Virus record (IMG/VR): IMGVR_UViG_3300005842_000001
Span: 8,806 to 72,805 of that record
Length of the DNA stretch: 64,000 nt
Source: a virus
Strand: one strand, 5' to 3'
Of the stretch, positions 55,296 to 63,768 are shown piece after piece; the first letter of the stretch is position 1; every line of letters begins with the position of its first letter. The notes beneath the pieces are model-generated. The model had not been told where the DNA came from. It saw only the letters and a program-made list of their open reading frames with translations, and ran no database searches. Position numbers and translations under genes: made by a program.

Positions 55296-56117
55296 ATGAC
55301 AAACAATCGTAGGGCGATGTTGTATTGCGGCGATGCTGAGCATCTGCCCTACCCCGATAAATCTGTTGACCTTGTGTTTGGTAGCCCGCCATACACTGAT
55401 GCCCGCAAACTTGCGGGCATGACGGTCTATAAGTGTGAGCAGTGGATTGAATGGATGCTCAGAGTCACTAAGGAAGCGTGTCGAGTCAGTCGAGGTCTGG
55501 TCGTCTGGGTAGTCGCTGGCAATTCTCGCAAGTGGAAGTACCAGCCAGCGCCAGAGGGACTGCTCTATCGCTGGTACGCTCAAGGCGGCGTGGCGTGGTG
55601 TCCTGCTTACTGGTACGCATCTGCTCGAAACATTGGCAGCGGCGGGCCTCAGTGGTTGCGGCGTGATGTTGAATACTGTCTAGCGTTCACTGACAAGCAA
55701 GGGCCGATACCATTTGCTGACAACAAAGCGAACGGAGCGCCATGCGTGTACAAGCCGGGTGGCGAGTTCAGCAATAGAGAGCAGTCAGGCAAGCGAACGA
55801 ACGAAGGTAAAAAAGGCAAGAAAGCATACACGCCGCCGAAGATCGCCAACCCTGGAAATCTATTGCACATTAACGTAGGCGGCGGTCATCTCGGTAGTGA
55901 GCTTGCTCACAAGAATGAAGCACCGTTCCCAGAATCGCTGGCTGATTTCTTCATCAAGCATCTTGTACCGCCGAACGGAGTTGTATGCGATCCCTTTGTG
56001 GGATCGGGAACCACGATCATTTCAGCACTGAAGAATGGTAGACGAGCGATAGGAGTTGACATACGACAGTCACAGATCGATCTTTGTCAAGAAAGGCTGG
56101 CGAAGTATGGAACCTAG
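55296..56117 (+). CDS. DNA methyltransferase, N4/N6 beta class (SPPY suggests N4-cytosine)
   Basis: DLVFGSPPY, APFPE.L, VCDPFVGSGTT. Confidence 0.9.
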   Translation: MTNNRRAMLYCGDAEHLPYPDKSVDLVFGSPPYTDARKLAGMTVYKCEQWIEWMLRVTKEACRVSRGLVVWVVAGNSRKWKYQPAPEGLLYRWYAQGGVAWCPAYWYASARNIGSGGPQWLRRDVEYCLAFTDKQGPIPFADNKANGAPCVYKPGGEFSNREQSGKRTNEGKKGKKAYTPPKIANPGNLLHINVGGGHLGSELAHKNEAPFPESLADFFIKHLVPPNGVVCDPFVGSGTTIISALKNGRRAIGVDIRQSQIDLCQERLAKYGT

Positions 56118-56205
56118 AATCATAGCTCTGATCTTCATCATGTCCATCGGGGTACTTTGGTTTTTCATTTACAACTTCTCTAAGATGCCGCCACCACGAT
56201 TATGA
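56107..56205 (+). CDS. 32-aa single-TM peptide
   Basis: MEPRIIALIFIMSIGVLWFFIYNF...; overlaps both neighbours. Confidence 0.4.
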   Translation: MEPRIIALIFIMSIGVLWFFIYNFSKMPPPRL

Positions 56206-56657
56206 TCAGCAAGACATACAAAGCATGCGGACACACGGTAGAAGACACTCAGAGGCCACCGCTTCGCTGTCCGATCTGCAAGCTGATGAATAGTGAAGTG
56301 AGGTCGTCACAGCGCACCACGATCAACTTGCCGCCTGAAGACGAGCTAGCTAGTCAGATCGAGCATGCTGAAGAGTTCAAAGACCTACGGCCGCTACGCC
56401 AATACAAGTTCGCTGAATATCACGGAAGGAAGTTTGCTTTTGATTTCTGTTGGCCCCAGTCAATGGTGGCAGTCGAGGTAGATGGTGGAACAACCAAGAA
56501 GGGCGGCGGGCGTCACAATCGAGCGAAGGGCTATCGTAAAGACACTGAGAAGCTCAACCTAGCTGGACAAATGGGATGGACTGTCTACCGTTATGTGAGT
56601 CAAGATATATATAACGGCACGGCCCTCAAAGACCTCAAGAGGATATTTGCACAATGA
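56202..56657 (+). CDS. DUF559/Vsr-like PD-(D/E)xK nuclease (possible resolvase)
   Basis: RKFAFDFCWP...VAVEVDGG...GGRHNR..GY.KD.EK.N.A...GW. Confidence 0.8.
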   Translation: MISKTYKACGHTVEDTQRPPLRCPICKLMNSEVRSSQRTTINLPPEDELASQIEHAEEFKDLRPLRQYKFAEYHGRKFAFDFCWPQSMVAVEVDGGTTKKGGGRHNRAKGYRKDTEKLNLAGQMGWTVYRYVSQDIYNGTALKDLKRIFAQ

Positions 56658-57181
56658 ACGAAGCAAACGAACTCAGTCACATAGAAGAAGGTCTACAGCA
56701 GTTCGCTGTAGAAATCGACACTATTCAACTTGATCCCGCCAATGCCAGAAAGCACAACGAAAAGAACTTGGCGGCTATCCGTGGTTCACTCAGCGCATAT
56801 AAGCAACGTAAGCTGGTGATCGTCAACAAAAACACTAATTGCATTGAGGCTGGCAACGGCACATATACAGCAGGCAAGGCGCTCGGATGGAAGTGGATCG
56901 CCGTTCTCTTTGTCGATGATGATCCAATGACTGCCACTGGTTTTGCCATTGCAGACAATCGCACAAGTGAATTGGGAACCTGGGATCAGGAAGTTCTATC
57001 TCAGCAACTTGATGCGATGGCGTTGCCGGGCATAGAAGAACTTGACGAGATGTTCACCGATCTAATTGAAGCTCACCAGACTCCTGACTTCACCCCAGCC
57101 CCTTTGAGCGATCAAGGCAAGTTGGACGAAATGAAAATGATCCATTGTCCTGAGTGCGGTCATGAGTTCCACAACAAATAG
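56654..57181 (+). CDS. ParB-like N-domain protein with C-terminal CPxCG
   Basis: DPANARKH, IEAGNG...A..LGW, AIADNRTSEL..WD, CPECGHEF. Confidence 0.85.
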   Translation: MNEANELSHIEEGLQQFAVEIDTIQLDPANARKHNEKNLAAIRGSLSAYKQRKLVIVNKNTNCIEAGNGTYTAGKALGWKWIAVLFVDDDPMTATGFAIADNRTSELGTWDQEVLSQQLDAMALPGIEELDEMFTDLIEAHQTPDFTPAPLSDQGKLDEMKMIHCPECGHEFHNK

Positions 57182-57773
57182 TCTGAAGCTCGATTGGTGC
57201 AGCTATCAAGCGGCCAAGCATGCTGTTCTGAACTGGCACTATTCAAAAGCGATGCCCAACGCCAAGCTAGCGCGAATTGGTGTCTGGGAAGATGGCAAGT
57301 TCATCGGGGTGATTCTCTACGGGCGAGGGGCCACTTCAGCACTCGTGCAACGCTTTGGACTCAAGATGGAAGAAGGATGCGAGTTGGTTCGCATCGCCAT
57401 CAAAAGTCACAAAACACCAATTTCTCGAATGGTGGCGATTGCAAACAAAATGCTGAAGAAAGCATTTCCTAAGTTGAGGCTCATTGTGTCATTTGCAGAC
57501 ACGAGCCAAGGGCATCATGGCGGCATCTATCAGGCGGGCGGCTGGGTGTATTCGGGAATGTCCACACCAGCAAAGGAATATATAGTCGGCAAGAAACGCT
57601 ATCACGGCAGATCATTCAGAAACAGCCCCTACAAAAACATGGAAGGCCACCCTTCTGTTAAAATCGTGATGGGGAGTGCCAAGCATCGCTACTTAATGGC
57701 CCTGGACGATCAAATGAAAGCTCATATAGAAAAGACGAGGAAGCCATATCCGAAACGCGCGCCTGTAGTGTAA
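57162..57773 (+). CDS. Mom-like GNAT DNA-adenine modification protein
   Basis: WHYSK, GVWE.GKFIG...YG, ELVRIA, IVSFAD..QGH.G.IYQA.GW.Y.G, KHRY, PYPK. Confidence 0.8.
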   Translation: MSSTTNSLKLDWCSYQAAKHAVLNWHYSKAMPNAKLARIGVWEDGKFIGVILYGRGATSALVQRFGLKMEEGCELVRIAIKSHKTPISRMVAIANKMLKKAFPKLRLIVSFADTSQGHHGGIYQAGGWVYSGMSTPAKEYIVGKKRYHGRSFRNSPYKNMEGHPSVKIVMGSAKHRYLMALDDQMKAHIEKTRKPYPKRAPVV

Positions 57774-57829
57774 TGAAGCACGGCGAGCCCACCAGCCCGC
57801 AAGCGACGATCAACCCCGATCCAGGCGCT
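57759..57829 (+). ncRNA. tRNA-Gly-like RNA (non-canonical) overlapping the end of the Mom-like gene
   Basis: Acceptor GCGCCTG/CAGGCGC with U73, U8-A9, D stem GTGT/GCAC, anticodon arm GCGAGC/GCCCGC around CCACCA, degenerate T arm. Confidence 0.65.
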
Positions 57830-57832
57830 CTC

Positions 57833-57866
57833 AGCACCCCGCCAACTATGGCGGGGTGCTTCATTT
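57833..57866 (+). terminator. terminator-like hairpin
   Basis: AGCACCCCGCCA-acta-TGGCGGGGTGCT. Confidence 0.7.
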
Positions 57867-57894
57867 CTATCGTCTGAAATAATTTCAGTAAAAT

Positions 57895-57956
57895 CCAAGA
57901 TTCTGGCTTGCACCTGCCAGCCAGTAGAGTATATATATATTATGTCAGTAACAACG
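57895..57956 (+). repeat. 62-bp promoter repeat, copy 1
   Basis: CCAAGATTCTGGCTTGCACCTGCCAGCCAGTAGAGTATATATATATTATGTCAGTAACAACG, identical to 59404-59465. Confidence 0.9.
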
Positions 57957-57982
57957 CTGGCACAACGAGCCGGAGAAAGAAC

Positions 57983-58177
57983 ATGTCAGCCGCTGAAACT
58001 AACAGAAAACTGCTTGATTATGCGATCAATCACCTTACCAAGGCAGCGACTCATCTGAGACACGCCAAGATCATCAAAAATGAGTCATCGGTGTTTTCAG
58101 AAGAGATAGCCCGGAAAATTGAATCCATAGATGCCGATCTTGACTTTATCATTGACTACCTGACTACGCCAGAATAG
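57983..58177 (+). CDS. hypothetical protein
   Basis: GGAG upstream, just after the repeat. Confidence 0.6.
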   Translation: MSAAETNRKLLDYAINHLTKAATHLRHAKIIKNESSVFSEEIARKIESIDADLDFIIDYLTTPE

Positions 58178-58212
58178 CTTTCTCCCCTCATCTCTTCCAC
58201 AAGGATAGAAAC

Positions 58213-59352
58213 ATGCCAGCACTCGTCACAACATCCAAGAAGCAATCAGCCCTGCAACTCAAGTTCGCTGAGGCTGCTCAGATCATCAACAGCGCTCTGA
58301 TCGAGAGACACAACGAAGTCGAGCTAGCCCTAACTGGGCTGCTCGCTAATGAGCATGTCCTCTTTGTCGGCCTTCCCGGTACTGCCAAGTCAATGCTTCT
58401 TGATTCAATCATCCGATGGATCGGCTCATCTGAGCAAGCATTCAGCGAACTGCTCGGCAAGTTCACTACGCCAGAAAATGTGTTCGGGCCGATCAGCTTA
58501 TCAGGGATGAAGAAAGACGACTACCGCCGAGTAACGACGGGCTACCTGCCTTCTTGCCACTTTGCTTTCTTGGATGAAATCTTCAAAGCATCAAGCGCCA
58601 TCCTCAACACCATGCTCAAGGTTCTGAATGAGCGAACCTTTCGCAACGGGTCGATGGGTGTCACGAAATGCCCTCTCCGCTTCTGTGTTGCAGCATCGAA
58701 CGAATGGCCGGGCGGCGAAGGCCAGGACTCACTTGCTGCTCTCTTTGATCGCTTTGTGATCAGGAGCAAAGTTGCCCCTATCGCAACAATGAGTGGCATG
58801 GAGAAACTGCTCTTCAGCGACAACCTCACACCTGAGTTTAATGATCACCTGACTCTTGAGGAGCTTGATGATGCTCGTGCTGAAGTGACGGCACTGCCTT
58901 GGTCAGAAGACGCCAAAAAGGGCATCATCGATATCCTGATGAAGCTCAAGGGCGCTGGCATCATTCCTGGTGATCGACGGAAGAGAAAGTGCATCAACAT
59001 TGCTCGTGCCTATGCTTGGCTCAATGGTGCTGATCAAGTCGAGGTCGATCATCTGATGGTTCTGTCCAACGTGCTGTGGGACGATCCTATCGAGCAGCCA
59101 GCGAAGGCAGAAGAAATCATAGCTCAGATCGCCAACCCGCTGAAGTACGCTCTCAAGAGCAAGCTCCAAGAAGCCCACGGCATCATGTCTGCTTGCAACA
59201 CTTCAGACTATGCCGACAGTGTGACAGCTACTGCCAAGCTGACAGAGATACTGAAGGGGCTGAAGAACATGAAAGACAGCCCCCAGACTGTGCAAGCTGT
59301 CGAGCATGTTCAGTCACTGATCAGAGACATTAAGATAGCCCAGAACGTCTAA
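58213..59352 (+). CDS. MoxR/RavA-like AAA+ ATPase
   Basis: GLPGTAKS, TTPE.VFGP, FLDEIFKASSAILN, ASNE, ALFDRF, DRR. Confidence 0.9.
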   Translation: MPALVTTSKKQSALQLKFAEAAQIINSALIERHNEVELALTGLLANEHVLFVGLPGTAKSMLLDSIIRWIGSSEQAFSELLGKFTTPENVFGPISLSGMKKDDYRRVTTGYLPSCHFAFLDEIFKASSAILNTMLKVLNERTFRNGSMGVTKCPLRFCVAASNEWPGGEGQDSLAALFDRFVIRSKVAPIATMSGMEKLLFSDNLTPEFNDHLTLEELDDARAEVTALPWSEDAKKGIIDILMKLKGAGIIPGDRRKRKCINIARAYAWLNGADQVEVDHLMVLSNVLWDDPIEQPAKAEEIIAQIANPLKYALKSKLQEAHGIMSACNTSDYADSVTATAKLTEILKGLKNMKDSPQTVQAVEHVQSLIRDIKIAQNV

Positions 59353-59403
59353 AAGAGCTTGATTCCAAGCATCATCCAGCAAGCCAGAAATCTTGAAAAT
59401 AAA

Positions 59404-59465
59404 CCAAGATTCTGGCTTGCACCTGCCAGCCAGTAGAGTATATATATATTATGTCAGTAACAACG
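59404..59465 (+). repeat. 62-bp promoter repeat, copy 2
   Basis: Identical to copy 1. Confidence 0.9.
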
Positions 59466-59493
59466 ATGACACCAAACGAACCGGAGACAGAAC

Positions 59494-59886
59494 ATGCCAG
59501 CTACAGAAAAGAAAGTCACACGAGCCACCCTGATCAATGCAGCCAAGAAGGGTTCGCTCTTCATCAAGTGCAAATACCACTACACCGACGACTACGCTGG
59601 CGATGCTGCCAGCAACTTCGGCAAGATGGATGATTTCTGCCAAGTGTACATCGAAGCTGAATACGTTCGACCAGCAAATTATGACAGCATGACTCACGAG
59701 CAGCAAGACGAGACCTACCGCAATCATTGTGAAGCTCAGCGACAGATCGCCAACGGGCGTTCGATGCACCGCATGAGTGACTTCCGTACCAAGAGTGGCT
59801 GTGTCTGGGGCGACAAGACCAAAGGCACTTTCTTGATTCATAGCAACCTGAGCTATGAATATGAAATCCGCACCAACGCCAACTAA
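59494..59886 (+). CDS. hypothetical protein
   Basis: GGAG upstream. Confidence 0.65.
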   Translation: MPATEKKVTRATLINAAKKGSLFIKCKYHYTDDYAGDAASNFGKMDDFCQVYIEAEYVRPANYDSMTHEQQDETYRNHCEAQRQIANGRSMHRMSDFRTKSGCVWGDKTKGTFLIHSNLSYEYEIRTNAN

Positions 59887-59956
59887 GTTCGACACAGTTT
59901 CAGCCCCTCTCATCAAGAGGGGCTTCCCTTCTCAACACTCTTTCAGGATACATGCC

Positions 59957-61390
59957 ATGACCAGCGAATATGCAGAGCTTGCGGCGTTGCTCGGAATCAC
60001 AGAGAAAGACTCAGAGACGGGTGCCAGCATCGGGCCTTCTTTTGATGACGCCATCAAGCTCAAGAAAGGCGGCACTGGCAAAGTCAAGCGAATCAGTGAC
60101 ACAGTTTTTGAGCAAGATGCTTGGGGGCTTCGCAAGGGACGTGATCTGATCGAGAGCGAAGAGAATGAACGCATCAAGAAGGCGAACCTCGACGAGCTAG
60201 AGGCTGCTGATCTTTTCGGCATGGCGTTCATGCCCCGACCGATCTTTGAAGAGAATCCTCGTGATCAGTTGCGCCAGCAGTTCTGCCAGCAGTTGATGGA
60301 CACCGCAGAGTATATGTCTCTTCATCGCTCAACCATGCTCAATGACATTGCCAGCGAAATTGCTGCAACCGCCTTCGCTGAACAGTTCATAGCACTCAGA
60401 ACACGGGAAGAAAAGACAGAGAGTGATTGCTCGAAAAAAGGAAAGCCCTACCCCGGCCCTTCGATGGGTTCGATGATGAGTGCTGTCTCCTCTGCGCTGG
60501 CTGGCGCTAAAGAGGAAGTAAGTGACATGGATGAAGCGTGTAAAGCGTTCGGGATGGGCGAAGGCAAGCCGGGCGGCAAGATGGACAGCAAGCGTGTCAT
60601 GAGCTTAATGAAGACAGTGAACAAGTCAGAGACACTCAAAAACATTATGAAGCTGGCGGGCAAGTTTCGACGAGTTGCACAGAGTCAGCAGCGATTGAAA
60701 GTCGGCCACGGCATTGATGACACTATCGGCGTTGTGCCGGGTTCTGATCTGTCTCGGTTGCTTCCAGTCGAGCTAATGAAGATGGGAGATGCCACCTTTG
60801 AGGATGACACGCTTCGCCGCTTCATCGAAGGCGAAACGCAATGCTGGGAACTGCAAGGCGTCATACCTGCTGGGCGCGGGCCAATCATGGTAGTAGTCGA
60901 TGAGTCAGGCAGCATGCAAGGCGAGCCAATCGAGACTGCCAAAGCTCTGTGCCTTGCTATGGCCTGGATCGCTCGAAAGCAGAAACGCTTCATCATGTTC
61001 ATCGCCTATAGCGGTCGAACTGGTGAGCGCCTAATGCACTTCCCGACTGGCCAATGGAATGACACTCAGATGGTCGAATGGCTAGAAGACTTCATCGGCG
61101 GCGGCTCTGATCTTGACGTTCCTTTGGTCAAGACGCCAAACTATTATGACAGCATGAACGCTCCGAAGGGCAAGACTGACATGCTCTTGATCACTGATGC
61201 CATCGTTCATGCACCTGAAGCAATGGGCAACTCATTCATGGAGTGGAAGAAACGCGCTCAATGCAAGATGACAACCATAGTGATCGGTCAAGATGACGCT
61301 GGCGACTTGAACCGCCTCAGTGATCAAGTGTATTGTGTACCCACCATCCAAGCAGATGGCGAAGCGGTAGCCGCTGCTGTCTCAATCTAA
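59957..61390 (+). CDS. ViaA-like von Willebrand A domain protein
   Basis: G.DLSRLLP.E, RGPIMVVVDESGSM (MIDAS), GGSD, LLITDA. Confidence 0.9.
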   Translation: MTSEYAELAALLGITEKDSETGASIGPSFDDAIKLKKGGTGKVKRISDTVFEQDAWGLRKGRDLIESEENERIKKANLDELEAADLFGMAFMPRPIFEENPRDQLRQQFCQQLMDTAEYMSLHRSTMLNDIASEIAATAFAEQFIALRTREEKTESDCSKKGKPYPGPSMGSMMSAVSSALAGAKEEVSDMDEACKAFGMGEGKPGGKMDSKRVMSLMKTVNKSETLKNIMKLAGKFRRVAQSQQRLKVGHGIDDTIGVVPGSDLSRLLPVELMKMGDATFEDDTLRRFIEGETQCWELQGVIPAGRGPIMVVVDESGSMQGEPIETAKALCLAMAWIARKQKRFIMFIAYSGRTGERLMHFPTGQWNDTQMVEWLEDFIGGGSDLDVPLVKTPNYYDSMNAPKGKTDMLLITDAIVHAPEAMGNSFMEWKKRAQCKMTTIVIGQDDAGDLNRLSDQVYCVPTIQADGEAVAAAVSI

Positions 61391-61400
61391 AGGAGTATGT

Positions 61401-61679
61401 ATGAAGACGATTTACAAAGAAGTCATCCATCCCAACTCTGCGCGGGGCGATGTTTATAGATGCGAGTTCATCGCACCTAAAGGAGCAAGACCGGTCAGTG
61501 TCGGCAAGCAAGGCGACAATGTTTGCGTTTGGTTTGAATGCTCTATCGGTAACACATTTGAGCCAATAGCTGTCTATTGCGTGGGAACTGGCTTAGGAAG
61601 AGTTCCTGACGATTGTCGTTTCCTTGGAACGGTGGTCGATGGCAACTTTGTTTGGCACTTCTATTCTCCCGTTCTCTAA
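61401..61679 (+). CDS. conserved small phage protein
   Basis: MKTIYK...P.GA..VSVG.Q...VW...VGTG....FLGTV....VWHFY. Confidence 0.7.
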   Translation: MKTIYKEVIHPNSARGDVYRCEFIAPKGARPVSVGKQGDNVCVWFECSIGNTFEPIAVYCVGTGLGRVPDDCRFLGTVVDGNFVWHFYSPVL

Positions 61680-61692
61680 ATGGAGTTGAACC

Positions 61693-61914
61693 ATGCAGAA
61701 CTGTGAAGGATGCGGACGTGATTGCCGGGGCAGGTTGTGTCATACCTGCTCAGGCAAAAAGAGATTCAACGCCGCTGGCAAAGGGCGTGGCGAAAAGAAC
61801 ACAAGACGATCTGACTCAGACTATGACACAGTTGATCAGTCTTTGCGCAATGATGACGATGGCTGGCCCTACCCTGACCGAGATGCTACCGAGATTCTCG
61901 GCGGCTTGATCTAA
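61693..61914 (+). CDS. Zn-ribbon hypothetical protein
   Basis: CEGCG...LCHTC; GGAG upstream. Confidence 0.55.
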   Translation: MQNCEGCGRDCRGRLCHTCSGKKRFNAAGKGRGEKNTRRSDSDYDTVDQSLRNDDDGWPYPDRDATEILGGLI

Positions 61915-61926
61915 AGGAGAACGAAC

Positions 61927-62223
61927 GTGGCAAAGAAACCTTGGCCCAACGATGCAATCATGATCACCGCTTCTCTTGCTGGCAAAGAGAATGTCGCTGA
62001 CATGCTCAATCCTTACCCTGCAAATTGTCGAGAGTGCGGGGCTGCTCTGATGGCATGCAGTCGAACGCTAGAGGCTGCATGCAATCTCAGTGAGCAATAC
62101 GGCATCCCGATCAAATACTTTTGCATGGCATGTCACGCAAAGCACGATATGGAAATGTGCGATTTAGTCGTGGATCAGTCACAAAAGAGAGACGACTGGT
62201 ATGCCAAAATAATTCCAAAATAA
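61927..62223 (+). CDS. CxxC hypothetical protein
   Basis: CRECG...CMAC; AAGGAG upstream. Confidence 0.6.
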   Translation: MAKKPWPNDAIMITASLAGKENVADMLNPYPANCRECGAALMACSRTLEAACNLSEQYGIPIKYFCMACHAKHDMEMCDLVVDQSQKRDDWYAKIIPK

Positions 62224-62272
62224 GGCTTGCACCTTCCTGCCAGTAGAGTATATATATATTATGTCAGTAACA
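62224..62272 (+). repeat. promoter repeat, copy 3 (slightly diverged)
   Basis: GGCTTGCACCTTCCTGCCAGTAGAGTATATATATATTATGTCAGTAACA. Confidence 0.85.
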
Positions 62273-62327
62273 GCGCTGACACAAACGAACGTGTCTCTTC
62301 ACGAACCTCAACACAGGAATACATGCC

Positions 62328-63215
62328 ATGATCAACGAAGGAACACAAAAGCTATTGAGTGCAAAAGAAGCTGGCGTACCGCTGCTCGGTGAAATCGTCA
62401 CTTGGAGCATCGGTAACAACGGATCGAGAATCGATCATACCAAGATCACTTCAGCACTCACGACGATCTTTGACGAAAAGACAGCGAAGCGGGTTGCCAA
62501 AGACTTCGCTCCCAAGTCTGCATTCGTTCGCGCTTGCCGCAAGATGAGCAAGGAAAAAGTGATCAACATCCTCGATCAGAACGCCTCAAGTGTCATCTTC
62601 CAATTCAACAGGATCGAGCGAAACGCTGAACAGATCGACTACGGTTATGAGGCGAAGCTCACTCTTGACAAGCATACCGGGCATATCGATTGCACTGACA
62701 CAGCGTTGGCAGAGAGAGCTACCGGGCTGCTGGCTCATGAGATGGCGAACCGCAACGCCATGGACATTACCACGATGGTACAGAAGCTCATGAGAGAGAA
62801 TGCCGATCTGTTTAGCGTTCGTGATCAAGGCGGCTGCTATTTTGTTCCACAGATGCACTGTGATTATGTCGATAAAGTGGAAGGCTTTGTCAAGCAGATC
62901 GGCGGGCGAATGAATCGCCTTCCCATCGCTGACTTCACACAACGTGGCAAGCTGGCTGTGAAAGAAATCATCAACCTGGGGCTTGATGACATGGTGGCTG
63001 ATCACGTCAAAGCAGTTGACAAGTTCGATGAGGACACACGAGTATCGACGATGAAGCGGCGAGCAGAGATCATCAAGAAAACCGAGTTCAAGCTCGAATG
63101 CTACGCCGAGTTCCTGCAAGAGCGCAAGGAGCATATCGTCAAGCAGATCAAAGAAGCCAAGAAACTGCTCTCGAATAAGCTGGCCAGCGCCGCCGCCAAG
63201 TCGATGAGCAAGTAG
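62328..63215 (+). CDS. conserved protein (DUF6744/DUF3150-like, tentative)
   Basis: LLGEIVTWS, AF.RA, VRDQGGCYFVP, Y.E.L. Confidence 0.65.
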   Translation: MINEGTQKLLSAKEAGVPLLGEIVTWSIGNNGSRIDHTKITSALTTIFDEKTAKRVAKDFAPKSAFVRACRKMSKEKVINILDQNASSVIFQFNRIERNAEQIDYGYEAKLTLDKHTGHIDCTDTALAERATGLLAHEMANRNAMDITTMVQKLMRENADLFSVRDQGGCYFVPQMHCDYVDKVEGFVKQIGGRMNRLPIADFTQRGKLAVKEIINLGLDDMVADHVKAVDKFDEDTRVSTMKRRAEIIKKTEFKLECYAEFLQERKEHIVKQIKEAKKLLSNKLASAAAKSMSK

Positions 63216-63220
63216 AGCAA

Positions 63221-63326
63221 GGGGCATCGTGAAAGCGTTGTGGGCTTGCACGGCATGGGCTCACAATGCGATGGCGGGCGACCTGAGAAGAGCAGATCGC
63301 CGGGGTTCAACTCCTCAGATGCCCCC
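63221..63326 (+). ncRNA. tRNA-like structured RNA
   Basis: GGGGCATC/GATGCCCC closing stem, T-arm GGGG-TTCAACT-CCTC and two long internal hairpins. Confidence 0.6.
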
Positions 63327-63348
63327 TTTCACAGTCACGAGAGAAGCA

Positions 63349-63768
63349 ATGAAGCTCACACACTTGCAACAGCAGTTGATTGACTATCTCAGCAAAGGAG
63401 GGCGTATCAAGTTCCTGCCTTCAAACGGGACACGATCAAGCCCGCAATCGTTCTGGATCACTGATCATAACTGGCGTTGCTCTCAGCAAGTGGAAGGGCT
63501 TCTGAAGCGTGGCTACCTGAAGCTGAGCAGAGATAAGAACACGGCGACACTCTCAGCGAAAGCACAGACCAAAACAACCGAGATACGCAACGACACGACC
63601 GACCGCATGGAGGCTTACTGTCGAAAGCGCGGAGCTAATTGGACGATCAGGAAGATTGAGAAGCGCAAGGATGGGCTGTTCTTCTATGTCGATAAACACG
63701 GATGGCTACCACTTGGGTTTACAGTGACTGAATCATATCAGTCGTTGCGAGATTTAGGAGTGACGTGA
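63349..63768 (+). CDS. hypothetical protein (winged-helix-like N-terminal half)
   Basis: MKLTHLQQQLIDYL...LLKRGYL. Confidence 0.6.
   Translation: MKLTHLQQQLIDYLSKGGRIKFLPSNGTRSSPQSFWITDHNWRCSQQVEGLLKRGYLKLSRDKNTATLSAKAQTKTTEIRNDTTDRMEAYCRKRGANWTIRKIEKRKDGLFFYVDKHGWLPLGFTVTESYQSLRDLGVT

Noticed and set aside
57895-62272. Possible CRISPR array
   Set aside because: The repeats are kilobases apart with genes between them, and no cas genes are seen.
62586-63251. 221-aa minus-strand ORF and many similar antisense ORFs
   Set aside because: These look like shadows of real + strand genes and have no recognisable motifs. They show that length alone is not evidence; the 18134-18832 ORF was accepted on its motifs.
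63221-63326. tmRNA or tRNA-Sec
   Set aside because: Too short for tmRNA, no G3-U70 pair or tag ORF, and no UCA anticodon loop or D arm.
63229-63348. N-terminal extension of the 63229 ORF
   Set aside because: It overlaps the structured RNA; the ATG at 63349 is the more plausible start.
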